A stretch of DNA of 64,000 bases from Minicystis rosea (lineage in GTDB: Bacteria > Myxococcota_A > Polyangia > Polyangiales > Polyangiaceae). Location: the NCBI GenBank assembly GCA_001931535.1, contig CP016211.1, positions 4,567,573 through 4,631,572 on the forward strand. The letters are read 5' to 3'. Numbering within the stretch: position 1 is the first letter of the stretch; each line of letters opens with the position of its first letter. Below are positions 28,545 through 38,185 of the stretch, piece by piece. The translations under genes and the position numbers were made by a program. Under the pieces are notes generated by a model. It saw only the letters and a list, made by a program, of their open reading frames with translations, was not told the origin of the DNA and searched no databases.

Positions 28545-29147
28545 TCATCGGCCGCTCGCAGCTCGCCGCCGCATCCGGAACGCGTGCCAGATCGTGGGCA
28601 CGTCGGCGGCGTAGTCACGCAGGGTGAGGCTGATGGCGATCCCCTCGACGTGGGCGACGAGGCCGAGCGCGCAGGCGATCGGCAGCGCCGTCTCGGAGGC
28701 GACGCCACCGTAGAGCAGCAGCGTCCACACGAAGAGGCCGACCCCGAAGAGCTTGGCGCTGTAGGCATGGAATCCGGCGAACTGCCGCCATCTCACCGCG
28801 TCGAGCAGGATCCAGGCGGCGAGGCTTCCCAGACAGAGCGTGAGCGCCGTGGCGTGGGCGCGGAGCTCGTCCGCGTGGAGACGGTAGGTCACGACGGCGA
28901 GCGTGAGATAGAAGAGCGTGTCCGCGAAGCTGTCGGCCTTGCGCAGCGCGGGCGTCACCGTGCCCCAGCGGCGCGCCAAGGCACCGTCGAAGTAGTCGGC
29001 CCAGAATGCGGCGACGCACGCGGCGAGCACGAAGCGATCGCCGAGCGTCTCGGTCGCGAGGCCGGCCACGAACGCGGCCGCCAGCGCGGGGCGGAGGAGG
29101 ACCAGCGTCCAGGGGATGGCGATCCGAAGACGAGACGGCGTGATCAT
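28545..29147 (-). CDS. CDP-alcohol phosphatidyltransferase family protein
   Basis: 'DYFDGALARRWGTVTPALRKADSFAD' fits D-x2-DG-x2-AR-x8-G-x3-D-x3-D. Multiple TM helices. Confidence 0.7.
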   Translation of the reverse strand: MITPSRLRIAIPWTLVLLRPALAAAFVAGLATETLGDRFVLAACVAAFWADYFDGALARRWGTVTPALRKADSFADTLFYLTLAVVTYRLHADELRAHATALTLCLGSLAAWILLDAVRWRQFAGFHAYSAKLFGVGLFVWTLLLYGGVASETALPIACALGLVAHVEGIAISLTLRDYAADVPTIWHAFRMRRRAASGR

Positions 29148-29426
29148 CGGTGCCGAGGGTACTCCGGCGTCGACAGAAGGCCATTCCTGGGCCGCATCAC
29201 GAGAGCACGGCGGCGGCGATCTTCGCACGTCATGTCGCTGTTCGCGGCCGCCCTGCGGATCGCCTTGTCCACGCGGATTGAGAGGCGCGCGCGCTGTCCC
29301 GTGAACTTCTTCGCGAGGGCGCTTGGGACGCGCCGTACGCGGCGGGGTGGCGGGACGCTCGTCTTACGCGCCGTTAAGCCGTTGCACCGCATGCCGCATT
29401 GGCGCGGCGCATCCCGAGGGAGGTAC

Positions 29427-31533
29427 ATCCCGGTAGGGACGGCCCTTTCGGGCCGCCCCCCGGACAGAGCCCGGCGAGCGGATCTCCCGCACCGGGCTCC
29501 CACCTTCGGTCTACGGACATGCAAAGCGCTGACTGGGCCAGGGGTGGACGATGCGAGCCGGCGGAAACGGAAAGCAGACATCGAAACGCTTGGTCTTCTC
29601 GACGGTCCATTGGGCTCGTTGACTTCGCCTTTGAAGCTGGCGATGCCAGGCGAGCTCGACTTGCCGACGGAACATCACCAGCGCCCGTGAATTCGTGGAA
29701 ACTCCATAGTAGTTGCAGTGCCCACGAATCACAGCGCAGAGCCACCGATGTTGTAGCGCCGGTGGCTCGTGCCTTCGTCGTCTTATTTCCACACGTAGCT
29801 CTGACAGCTTCGCCACGCGCTTCTTCCGGGAGGTACGACGTTGCAGTTGGAACCTGCCACCGCGCGTTTGGCCGGCGATGTGCGTGAACCCAAGGAAGTC
29901 AAACGTCTCGGGCCGCGCACGGCCGTCGTGTCTGCACTCCTTGCGGGCGTAGCGCCCGAACCGCAGCACCCGAGTCTTCTCTGGGTGCAGCTCCAAGCCG
30001 AACTTCACGATGCGCTCGGCCATCGCCGACCGCATCGCGCGTGCGTCCTGTTCGTACTGAAAGCCCAGCACCACGTCGTCGGCATAGCGCACAATGTAGA
30101 CTTCCCCTCGCGCATGCCGCCGCCGCCATTGCTGGACCCACAGGTCGAGCGCGTAGTGCAGGTAGATGTTCGACAGCAAAGGGCTGATGCCACCCCCTTG
30201 TGGCGCTCCCTCCTGCACCGCGCGCACCTCACCGTCCTCCATGACGCCAGCGTGCAGCCACTTCATCAAGAGCCACACCATGCGTCGGTCTGCGATCGTG
30301 TGCTCGATGAACTTCTGCATCCATCCGTGCTCAATCGTGTCGTAGAACGCACGGATATCCGCGTCGAGCACCCAGCTCACCTTCTTGCCGATGGCCACCG
30401 CGAGAGCATCCAGAGCCCGATGCTGCGACCGGCCAGGCCGGAAGCCATACGAGAACCCCAGAAACGCCTGCTCGTAAATGGGCTCCAGGATCATCCGCGC
30501 TGCTTGTTGAACAATCTTGTCCTCCAGCGCAGGAATGCCGAGCGGACGCGTGCGACCATCTCCTTTGGGGACGTGTACACGCCGGACCGGCTGCGGATGA
30601 TAGTTGCCGCGGTGAACGCGGTCCTGAAGGTCACGCATTCGGGCGTCCAAATTCTCGCCGTATACGCGCCATGTTATCCCATCTACACCAGGAGCCGCTT
30701 CCTTGTTGAGACGGCTGTACGCCTCCTTCAGAAGTGGCACCTTGATGTGGCTCAGCAGGTTGGTGAACCGTTCCCCTTTCCTTTGCTTCACTCGCTGTCC
30801 GACCCGCTCCAGGGCCGTGAGCGCGCCTGCCCGGTTCTGAGCCCGGAGCGCGTTTCGTGGAGCAGGTTTCCCGTTGGCCGCGCGCCTTCCCTCCATCGAC
30901 TCCGCAGGCGTTACCCTCGCGTTCGCCGACTTCTTGCAGGTCGGTACTACGCGCGCGTCTGACTCCTCGGAGGACTGCTGCGGATTGCGGCTTCTGCCTT
31001 CCCGCCCGTGCCTGAGGACCGCTATCGGCCCACCGGCCCCTCCGAGGTCTCCCGGTTCCCGTGCATGAGACGTGTGGGGGCTTGCCGAACTCTTGGACCC
31101 CGGAGGGAGCAGTGAATCCAGGTCCACATTATTCGGAAACACGCTATGGCCATCCGCATGGTCTAACTGCGTTGGCTCCCTCGAACCATGTTGTTTCGGA
31201 GCTCGATCACCCGGCCCGCCCACATGCCCTCCTACGCTTCGCCCCGCAGGTCACCCTGCGTTGCGCAAAGATAGGCTTCCCAGGGGTGGACTCTTCCTGG
31301 GGCAGGACTTGCTCGACACGACATGTATCTTGCTCACCTGCTTTCTCATGCCGGTTTTCACCGGCGCACCAGACCGAACATTTGGGGAAATGTTCGTTCT
31401 TCCTCGTGAATCATCGGTCGGGTGCCACCAGCTTAACACGAGTCTGATCTCGGCGAGCTCCCCAACCTTGTCGGCGGCGATGCACGGACCGGGAGGCGCG
31501 GACTTCGTAGACACCGCCGACGGGCGACGGCGG
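29427..31533 (-). mobile_element. Group II intron (apparently full length, ~2.1 kb) with intron-encoded RT/maturase
   Basis: Minus-strand 5' end GTGCG at 31533. IEP ORF lies in domain IV. Domain V 'GAGCCCGGTGCGGGAGATCCGCTCGCCGGGCTC' and domain VI hairpin 'CCGGGGGGCGGCCCGAAAGGGCCGTCCCTACCGGGAT' have a bulged A 8 nt from the 3' end and end in AT at 29427. Confidence 0.75.
29511..30896 (-). CDS. Group II intron reverse transcriptase/maturase (intron-encoded protein)
   Basis: RT domains 0-7 ('GVDGITWRVYG', 'RRVHVPKGDGRTRPLGIPALEDKIVQ', 'FRPGRSQHRAL', 'YADDVVLG') and maturase X 'RGHCNYYGV'. No HNH endonuclease domain. Confidence 0.85.
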   Translation of the reverse strand: MEGRRAANGKPAPRNALRAQNRAGALTALERVGQRVKQRKGERFTNLLSHIKVPLLKEAYSRLNKEAAPGVDGITWRVYGENLDARMRDLQDRVHRGNYHPQPVRRVHVPKGDGRTRPLGIPALEDKIVQQAARMILEPIYEQAFLGFSYGFRPGRSQHRALDALAVAIGKKVSWVLDADIRAFYDTIEHGWMQKFIEHTIADRRMVWLLMKWLHAGVMEDGEVRAVQEGAPQGGGISPLLSNIYLHYALDLWVQQWRRRHARGEVYIVRYADDVVLGFQYEQDARAMRSAMAERIVKFGLELHPEKTRVLRFGRYARKECRHDGRARPETFDFLGFTHIAGQTRGGRFQLQRRTSRKKRVAKLSELRVEIRRRRHEPPALQHRWLCAVIRGHCNYYGVSTNSRALVMFRRQVELAWHRQLQRRSQRAQWTVEKTKRFDVCFPFPPARIVHPWPSQRFACP

Positions 31534-31687
31534 CGGGGCGCACGCCCCAGTCGCGGCGGACCCGACGAGTAGCGCGGCGGTCGCGGTGAGCGACTCCTCA
31601 TCTCGCGCTCATCGCCTATAACAGACCAGCCGTCGCCTCACCCGACTCCCTTTGGGGTTAGCGGGCTTCCCCTCGCGCTGCCCTCGT

Positions 31688-31912
31688 TCACCTGGGAAGG
31701 TGAACCAGGAACAGGCATCCACCCTCCGGGCTCGGTTCGACACCAACCTTTCCCCCGTGCCCCTCGACGAGTCTCCGGACGGCGAAGCAGCCATGCCGTG
31801 CGATCCCATCAGCCGGGACCGCGACGACGCTACCACGCTGAGACACGGTCACGCTGGGCGCCACGACGTGGTTCTGATTCATTCCCGAGCATCCCGTCAA
31901 CCGCCCCGGCAC
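31688..31912 (-). pseudogene. C-terminal fragment of a sensor histidine kinase (HATPase_c G2 box only)
   Basis: '…VRRLVEGHGGKVGVEPSPEGGCLFLVHLP*' and no upstream kinase ORF. It lies immediately 5' of the intron. Confidence 0.5.
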
Positions 31913-32120
31913 GATTCACGCGTGGTGTTGGACTTCTGGATCTCGATGCGAAGAAGCCGAGATCCGGTCGTGCCCGACGCTGGAGCGGGGGACATCATGC
32001 CGCGACACGCTCACTTCGGCTTTACCTCGTCGGTCTTGGCGTAGCTCACGTTCCCTGAGGTCGGATGGATGGTATTCCCGTTGACACCACCCGGGACGAC
32101 GATCCAGCTATCGTCGAGGC

Positions 32121-32768
32121 TCAGCGGCCCGGGTTCGCGGTGTCCTGCCACTCGAACTGGAAGCATGGGCCGTACGGATCGTGGACGGGGGGGACGTCCT
32201 CCGCCTCGTACCAGGAGGGCCAGAGGAGGAAACCGTGGATGTCCGCATTCCCGCTGGTGCCGGCGTGGAACGGTGGGCCGGATTCGATGTACCAGGTGCA
32301 GGTCGAACTCCGATTGTCGAACTTCACGTACCAAAACGTCTGGTAGTTGTTGAACGTCACGTTGCACCACGTGATGGTGTCCGCAACCTCGGACTCCGCC
32401 CGCCGTAGCGAGACCGCCTCGCCGTCGACGCGCCCGCGCAGCTCGCCGCCCGTGAGCGCTCCCTCGAATGCAGCGAGCGGCGCCGCGTCCGGCGAGGCAC
32501 CGCGGGCCCGCAGCGTGAAATGAACGGACCCGTCCGCGCCGAGCGTGCCTGCGATCACACCCCCTTTCGGCTTGTCGGTCAGCGCGCCTGTCCAGGCGCG
32601 GCCCGTCAGCTGCCCGCCGGAGGCCACGAGGACCACCTCGAGCCCCCGCGCGGCCCCCGCGAAAGTGCCCGTCCAGCGTCCGTCGAGCTCGTTCGAGGCC
32701 CTGGTGCCGGCGTTGGTCTTGGTGTTTTTGTCGAACTCACGCGAAGGTGTCTCATGGGGGCTGTTCAT
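32121..32768 (-). CDS. Hypothetical protein
   Basis: Good ribosome-binding site (AAAGGAGcaaacATG). 215 aa with mixed composition. No family recognised. Confidence 0.55.
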   Translation of the reverse strand: MNSPHETPSREFDKNTKTNAGTRASNELDGRWTGTFAGAARGLEVVLVASGGQLTGRAWTGALTDKPKGGVIAGTLGADGSVHFTLRARGASPDAAPLAAFEGALTGGELRGRVDGEAVSLRRAESEVADTITWCNVTFNNYQTFWYVKFDNRSSTCTWYIESGPPFHAGTSGNADIHGFLLWPSWYEAEDVPPVHDPYGPCFQFEWQDTANPGR

Positions 32769-33958
32769 GTTTGCTCCTTTGGATACGTCGGCACCACGGA
32801 CGACGTCGTATCGGCCCCTACAACATGCGCGCCAATCGAGGATACGGGCCACGGCGTTCGAGAGCCCGGGTTTCGGGCGCCTCGATGGCCTCCGCGAGGC
32901 ACCCGGAGACGGAGGTGACTCGGCACGTGCCCGGCACGTGCCTGTTTGGGTGCCCGCCGTCCAATGTCCTTACACACGGAAATCGGCGACGGCGACGTCA
33001 ACGGCAATCGGTCGTTGCCGTTGACGTTGACGTGAGCGTTGCGGCCGCCGTCGCCGTCGCCGAACGTGGCGTCCGGGACCAATTCCGAAGGTTGGAGCTG
33101 TGTGTCAGGATCGATCGACGCTCCTCGACGACGGCCGAGTGCTCGTCTCGGGGGGACAGGCGCCGCCCACGACGTCGGGGAGCGCGATCTTGGCGAGCGC
33201 CGAGTTGTTCGGACTTTGAGTCCGGCGAGATGGCGCGACTGGCCGTTGTCGCCCACCCTTACTCGCGCGGCGGCGCCGACGCCTGACCGTGCCCTTCGGT
33301 GAACAAGCAGATCGGCGAGCGCGGGGGCCTTTACCAGCTCGTCAGCGATGGTCGCGGAGGGCCGGGATACGCACTGCGTTGGCGCGGCGCGTCCCGAGGG
33401 GAGTGCCAGACCGAACAAGGTTGTCACTGTTCGATCTTCCTCGCGATCCATCGTCCAAGCCATTTCTGCCACAACCTGCTCGCCGTGGGTCGCGCCAACG
33501 ACGTGGCGCGTGCGGCGCGTCAGGCGCCCCCAACACCGCGCGCTCTCGCATCGCTTGGGGATTACGCGACGGAGCCCAGCGCACGCCCGCTGGGTGGTAT
33601 CCGATACCGCGGGTATCCGATCCCCGAAGCCGACCAGGCACCGAGCGGGTCTCCGAGGCGCACGTCGGTTCGGTCGAAGATGACGTCGTTCAGGGCGTTG
33701 ACGGCGCCCTCGATGGCTCATCTCCTCGCGCGTGAGGAGACGATGATGACGAAGACGATCGAGGAAATTCGGGCAGCGTTGGTGCGGAGCAACGTCGGAT
33801 TTGGCCGACCTTATTCGGAGGGCCCGTCCGACTTCCCCTGACCCCACCCGAGGCGCGATCCAGGATACTCGCCCACTCCCGGCACCCGGTCGTCTCCCCA
33901 GGTTCCGTTCGTCGTCCCGGATGCCTGCGCCGGACACGGCGCGCGAGTGAGGTCGAGC

Positions 33959-34918
33959 ATGGCGAAGAAAGACGTCCCCACCTCATGCCCCTGCTGCGGC
34001 CAGCCCCTCGTCGATGCAGCGGCGGTTCGCCGGGTGCAGCAGCACGAGGCCGAGCTCAGGAAGCACTTCGAGGCCGAGGCCGCTGAGCGCGCCGACCAGC
34101 GCGTAGCGGCCGAGCGCGCCAGGTTGGAGCAAAGCGTCAGGAAAGAGAGCGCCCAGCGCGAGCAGGGCCTTGAGCGCGCGATGTCGGCCCTGAAGAAGCA
34201 AAAGGAGGAACTCGAACGCCGCCTCCAGAAGTTGACCGCTCACGAGCGCGGCGACTCCCAGGAGATCGACGTCTTCGCGCGGCTCCAACAGGCTTTCGTC
34301 AGCGACAAGATCGAACGTCAGGGCAGGAGCGGCGACATCATCCACACCGTTCGCCACGACTTCGGCGGCGGTCTCCAAGAAACGGGCACGATCGTCTACG
34401 AGTGCAAGGACACGCTGCGCTGGAAGGGGGACTTCCTCACCCAGACGAAGAAAGCCGGCAGGGCGCACGGCTCGCTCTACAGGATGCTCGTGACGTGGGC
34501 GTTCCCGGCCGGCGAGAAGGATCTGTGCGTGCGCGACGGCGTGATCCTCGCCCACCCGTCCAAGGTCGTGCTCTTGGCCGACGTCGTGCGTCGGATGGTG
34601 ATCGAGGTTCGGCGCGCTGGCCTCACGGCCGAAGGCCAGGCAGACAAGGCGAGCAGCCTCTATGCGTACCTCACCGGGGACGAGTTCCGCAGTACCTTCG
34701 ATGGGATCGTCGGCGCCGCCGAGGAGCTCGAAAAGCTACTTCGCGACGAGAAGCAGGCCCACGAACGCACCTGGGGCCGGCGCGCGCAAGTTCATGAGAA
34801 CCTCGCCAGGAAGACGGCGGCGATCGACGGCAGCATCCGAGGGATCCTGGAGGCGCCGACCGCCGGTGCCAAGGTCATCGACTTCCCGGCGAAGGTCGGC
34901 CGAAGGATGCGAGCGTGA
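33959..34918 (+). CDS. DUF2130-family protein (N-terminal zinc ribbon, coiled coil, PD-(D/E)xK-like nuclease core)
   Basis: 'CPCCGQPL' zinc ribbon, long Glu/Arg-rich coiled coil, then 'GDIIHTV…IVYECKDTLRWK' (D…E-x-K) and 'AHPSKVVLLADVVRRMVIEV', typical of DUF2130. Confidence 0.7.
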   Translation: MAKKDVPTSCPCCGQPLVDAAAVRRVQQHEAELRKHFEAEAAERADQRVAAERARLEQSVRKESAQREQGLERAMSALKKQKEELERRLQKLTAHERGDSQEIDVFARLQQAFVSDKIERQGRSGDIIHTVRHDFGGGLQETGTIVYECKDTLRWKGDFLTQTKKAGRAHGSLYRMLVTWAFPAGEKDLCVRDGVILAHPSKVVLLADVVRRMVIEVRRAGLTAEGQADKASSLYAYLTGDEFRSTFDGIVGAAEELEKLLRDEKQAHERTWGRRAQVHENLARKTAAIDGSIRGILEAPTAGAKVIDFPAKVGRRMRA

Positions 34919-34989
34919 CGAGAGCACGGCCGCGGTTACGAGCCGCACGCGAAGTCCGCGCCGATGGCGAAATCGGAGCCGCCAAAGTC

Positions 34990-35160
34990 CGAGCTTGGAC
35001 TGGTCACCCGCTCGGTATCGTCGCGACGTGCCGCGCCATCGGCGTTCCGGTGCAGGCTTATCTCACATGGGTGTTCGAGCGCCTCGGCACCCACCGTGAG
35101 ATGTTCGGCCTCGCGCTCGAGGCGCTCACCCCGGCCGCCTTCAAGGCCGCGCGCGGCTGA
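34990..35160 (+). mobile_element. C-terminal fragment of an IS66-family transposase (TnpC); IS remnant
   Basis: 'GEIGAAKVRAWTGHPLGIVATCRAIGVPVQAYLTWVFERLGTH' matches the conserved IS66 TnpC C-terminus ('…AAMYSLIGTCKLNGVDPEAYLRDVLTRI…'). No upstream transposase body. Confidence 0.55.
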
Positions 35161-35284
35161 CGGCCGCGACCACCTGGGCCACGGCACATCTCGGCTGCGG
35201 CCGCATCCCGGCTTCGCTGATCGGTCACCCCGCTCGGTGCTCGGGAAGAAGGGGTGATTCCGCTGCGCCCACGACGCCGTCGAC

Positions 35285-36172
35285 CTACACGAGGGGCGAC
35301 CGCTTCAAGCGCTCCACGGCGAAGTCGATGAACGCGGATACCTTGCGCGGCACCTCCCCGCTCGACGGGTAGAGAAAGACGAAGGAGCCGCCGGTCTCGT
35401 TGGGCAGCCCCGCTGCGGACACGATTTCGAGCGCGCCGTCTCGCACGTCCTCCGCCGCGAGGAACGTCGGCAAAGGAGTGACGCCCGCGCCCGCGCGCGC
35501 GAGCAGACGCGCCGTGTTGATGTCGTCGCATTGGAAGCGCACGGCGCCGCGCGGAACCTTCCACATCGCTACGAAGTGCGGGGAGATGATCCAGTCGTGG
35601 TGGTCCGCGCCAACCTGCTTCGGGCGTCCCCTCCGCGCGACGTAGGAGGGCGAGGCGTACCAGGCCATCGCGACGGGCGCGAGCCGCCGCATGGTGAGCG
35701 CGGAGTCCTTTAGCTTCCCCGTCGTCGCGCGGACGGAGAGGTCATAACCCTCGCGAACGATGTCGACCTTCGTGTTGGTGATGCGCAGGTCGAAGCGGAC
35801 GTCAGGGTAGCGACGAGAGAACTGCGCGATGAGCTCGGGCAGGACGACGGCGCTGAAGTCGAGCGGCGCGGTGAGTCGGAGCTCGCCGGATGGCTCCACG
35901 CGGTGCTCGGGCAGGCGCACTACGGCGCTGTTCAATGCGGCGAGGTGTGGTGCCGTGCGCTCGTAGAGCGCCGTTCCCGCGGTCGAGAGCGAGACATCGT
36001 GGGTGGTTCGGTGAATCAGCTCGGCCCCCGCGAGCGCCTCGAGGCGCGCGATGGCGCGGCTGACAGTGCCCTTGCCGATCCCGAGCATCCTGGCCGCCCT
36101 CGAGAAGCTGTTCTGCTCCGCGACCGCCACGAAGATCGCGAGGAGTTGGTAGTCCACCTGTGTTTCCCGCAT
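35285..36172 (-). CDS. LysR-family transcriptional regulator
   Basis: N-terminal helix-turn-helix 'LLAIFVAVAEQNSFSRAARMLGIGKGTVSRAIARLE' and a LysR substrate-binding domain. Divergent from the DoxX gene. Confidence 0.85.
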   Translation of the reverse strand: MRETQVDYQLLAIFVAVAEQNSFSRAARMLGIGKGTVSRAIARLEALAGAELIHRTTHDVSLSTAGTALYERTAPHLAALNSAVVRLPEHRVEPSGELRLTAPLDFSAVVLPELIAQFSRRYPDVRFDLRITNTKVDIVREGYDLSVRATTGKLKDSALTMRRLAPVAMAWYASPSYVARRGRPKQVGADHHDWIISPHFVAMWKVPRGAVRFQCDDINTARLLARAGAGVTPLPTFLAAEDVRDGALEIVSAAGLPNETGGSFVFLYPSSGEVPRKVSAFIDFAVERLKRSPLV

Positions 36173-36269
36173 GGAACACCGTGTTGTCACGTTCGCATAT
36201 CGAACTCAAAAGGAAACACACTTACAAAGCCTCTCGTCAAGGAAGACGCACAGTCGTCGGAGGTTGAAC

Positions 36270-36695
36270 ATGTTCCTTTCGAAGTACAATAAAGCGATCT
36301 ATTGGGTCCTCACGCTCATCTCCGTGGTGCCGGCCGGCCTCGGAGGGCTCGTAGAGGTCTTCACCGATGGCCCGGCGTCGATCGTCGCCATCATGCAGCA
36401 CATCGGCTACCCGCTCTACGTGATGAAGATCCTCGGGACCGCAAAGGCGTTGGGCATGATCGCCATCGTCAGCGGCAAGTTCCCGCGCTTGAAGGAGTGG
36501 GCCTATGCGGGATTCACGATCGAGCTGCTGGGCGCGGCCGCTTCTCACGCGCTCGCGGGAGATTCGGCTACCGCCATCCTGTTCCCGCTCGTGATGCTGC
36601 TCCCCGTCCTGGCGTCGTACGGCCTCTGGCACCGGATTTCCGAGGAAGAGGGACTGCAGCCGAAGAACGCCGCGCCGGTGCCGACGATTGCGTAA
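36270..36695 (+). CDS. DoxX-family membrane protein
   Basis: Four TM helices; 'KILGTAKALGMIAIVSGKFPRLKEWAYAGFTIELLGAA' is DoxX-like. GGAGG ribosome-binding site 6 nt upstream. Confidence 0.7.
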   Translation: MFLSKYNKAIYWVLTLISVVPAGLGGLVEVFTDGPASIVAIMQHIGYPLYVMKILGTAKALGMIAIVSGKFPRLKEWAYAGFTIELLGAAASHALAGDSATAILFPLVMLLPVLASYGLWHRISEEEGLQPKNAAPVPTIA

Positions 36696-37640
36696 ACGAG
36701 GTCTCCTTGGGCTGGCCCTCATCGATGGCGCGCGACAAGCCGTCGAAACGATGGTGCGGAGGATGGCCGACGCCAACGTGGTAGGGTCGAGATAAGCGTA
36801 CCGCAGTATAATGTCCCACGTTCGCCGTGAAGGGCTACAAGTGCATAAAATCACGTTGAATTCCGACGTGCTGCGGGTATCGCAGGTCGGGCGTAGCTCG
36901 GGCAGCCTCTCACGTCCTCAAAACCTCGCAATCCCCTCCGCCAGCGGCCTGAACCGGTACACCCGATAGGGCGCCCCATTCCTCGCCACGCCGTCCGCCG
37001 CCATCCTCCGCGTCGGTGACGGTCGGATCGTAGAGGCTCGGCACGAAGCGCGCCGGATCGGACATGACCGTTCGGTAAAGGGCGTCATTCGTCAGCACGC
37101 TCCTTTGCCCCGGATGCGCCCGTCATCAGGGGATGTTCATGAGCGCCTCTGGTCTTCGACCCGAGGTCCCACGGACACCGAACAAGCGCAGGAGCCAAGT
37201 TCGAAGAACTGGTACAGTTGGGGCTTGCCCTCGGGCCAAGCGCCGCGGCCCACCCATCCGCACGCGTCTCTCCGAACGCGCGGGTGTACTTGGACGTTCG
37301 CGGTCTGGACTTCTGGCTCGGCGATTGACAACCCATCCGCCTCGCCCGTCCCTGAATGTTCATCCCTCTGTGGGTGTTCATGACCTCCATCGAGATCGTC
37401 GCCTACGCCGAACACATCACCCGGATTTCACGCTCGAACCCACTTGCTCATGACTTCCATCCCGAGGGAGGTGCTGAACACGCCAAAGAGCTCTCCCCCA
37501 TGTCAAGGGCGACGGAGCCGGCTCGCGTAGCGGGCGAACCCTCAACGCGGCTGAGCACTCTGCATGCTCATCCGGCGACGGGCTGACGGTCGACGCGAGG
37601 GTCAAAAATCCGCGGATCGTGGCGGCCGTCTACAGTTGAC

Positions 37641-37722
37641 CGAAGGTGGGAGCCCGGTGCGGGAAATCCGCCCGCCGGGTTCTGTCCGGGGGGCGGCCCG
37701 AAAGAGCCGTCCCTACCGGGAT
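37641..37722 (+). mobile_element. Orphan group II intron 3' remnant (domains V-VI only)
   Basis: 'GAGCCCGGTGCGGGAAATCCGCCCGCCGGGTTCTGTCCGGGGGGCGGCCCGAAAGAGCCGTCCCTACCGGGAT' is ~90% identical to DV-DVI of the full intron. No IEP or DI-IV lies upstream. Confidence 0.6.
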
Positions 37723-38185
37723 GCACTCCCCTCGGAAGGGAAGCGCGAACTGGATCCGCGGGATGAACTGTAGACGCTGGGCCACATGGGCGTTCGGGCC
37801 TCGCCCTCAGGGGCGTCAGCGGTGCTCGCCGCGCCGCTACGGCGGCACCCCGAAGCTCCGGGAGGCCGCACGGCACCCGAGGGCGGCCGCGGGCGCGTTC
37901 ATGTTCGGCGTCCTGCACACGGGAAACCCGTTCTACGCCGCGCTCATCTACGGGACGCTGGCCGCGTTCGTGGGCATGCCGGTGTTCGCCGGCGGCACCC
38001 TCGCCGTGCGGCGGCTGTTCCTGCGCGAAGCCCAGCAACACGGCCTCGCCAAGTCGACGTCGACGCTCATCCTCACCCGCGCCGAGCGCCGCGCGCGCCT
38101 CTTGCCGTTCTGGAAGCGCGAGGACGAGCGCCTCGAGCTCCTCCTGCAAGCGGTCCGCGAGCCCGATCGCGCCGACTGCCCCGGG

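Noticed and set aside
32765-33937. 390-aa minus-strand ORF
   Set aside because: Arg-rich nonsense. The region instead contains the empty copy of the intron target repeat and no convincing gene.
34915-35160. Treating the 81-codon ORF after DUF2130 as a genuine small partner gene (GTGA overlap)
   Set aside because: Its C-terminal 45 residues match the conserved tail of IS66 TnpC transposases. It is therefore better explained as the end of a truncated IS66 element than as a dedicated partner protein.
37568-38149. 193-aa minus-strand ORF and 310-aa plus-strand ORF (37646..38578) in the interval between the intron remnant and the AraC fragment
   Set aside because: Both are low-complexity, Arg/Ala-rich products. 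One is simply the translation of the complementary strand of the DV-DVI hairpins. No domain signatures.
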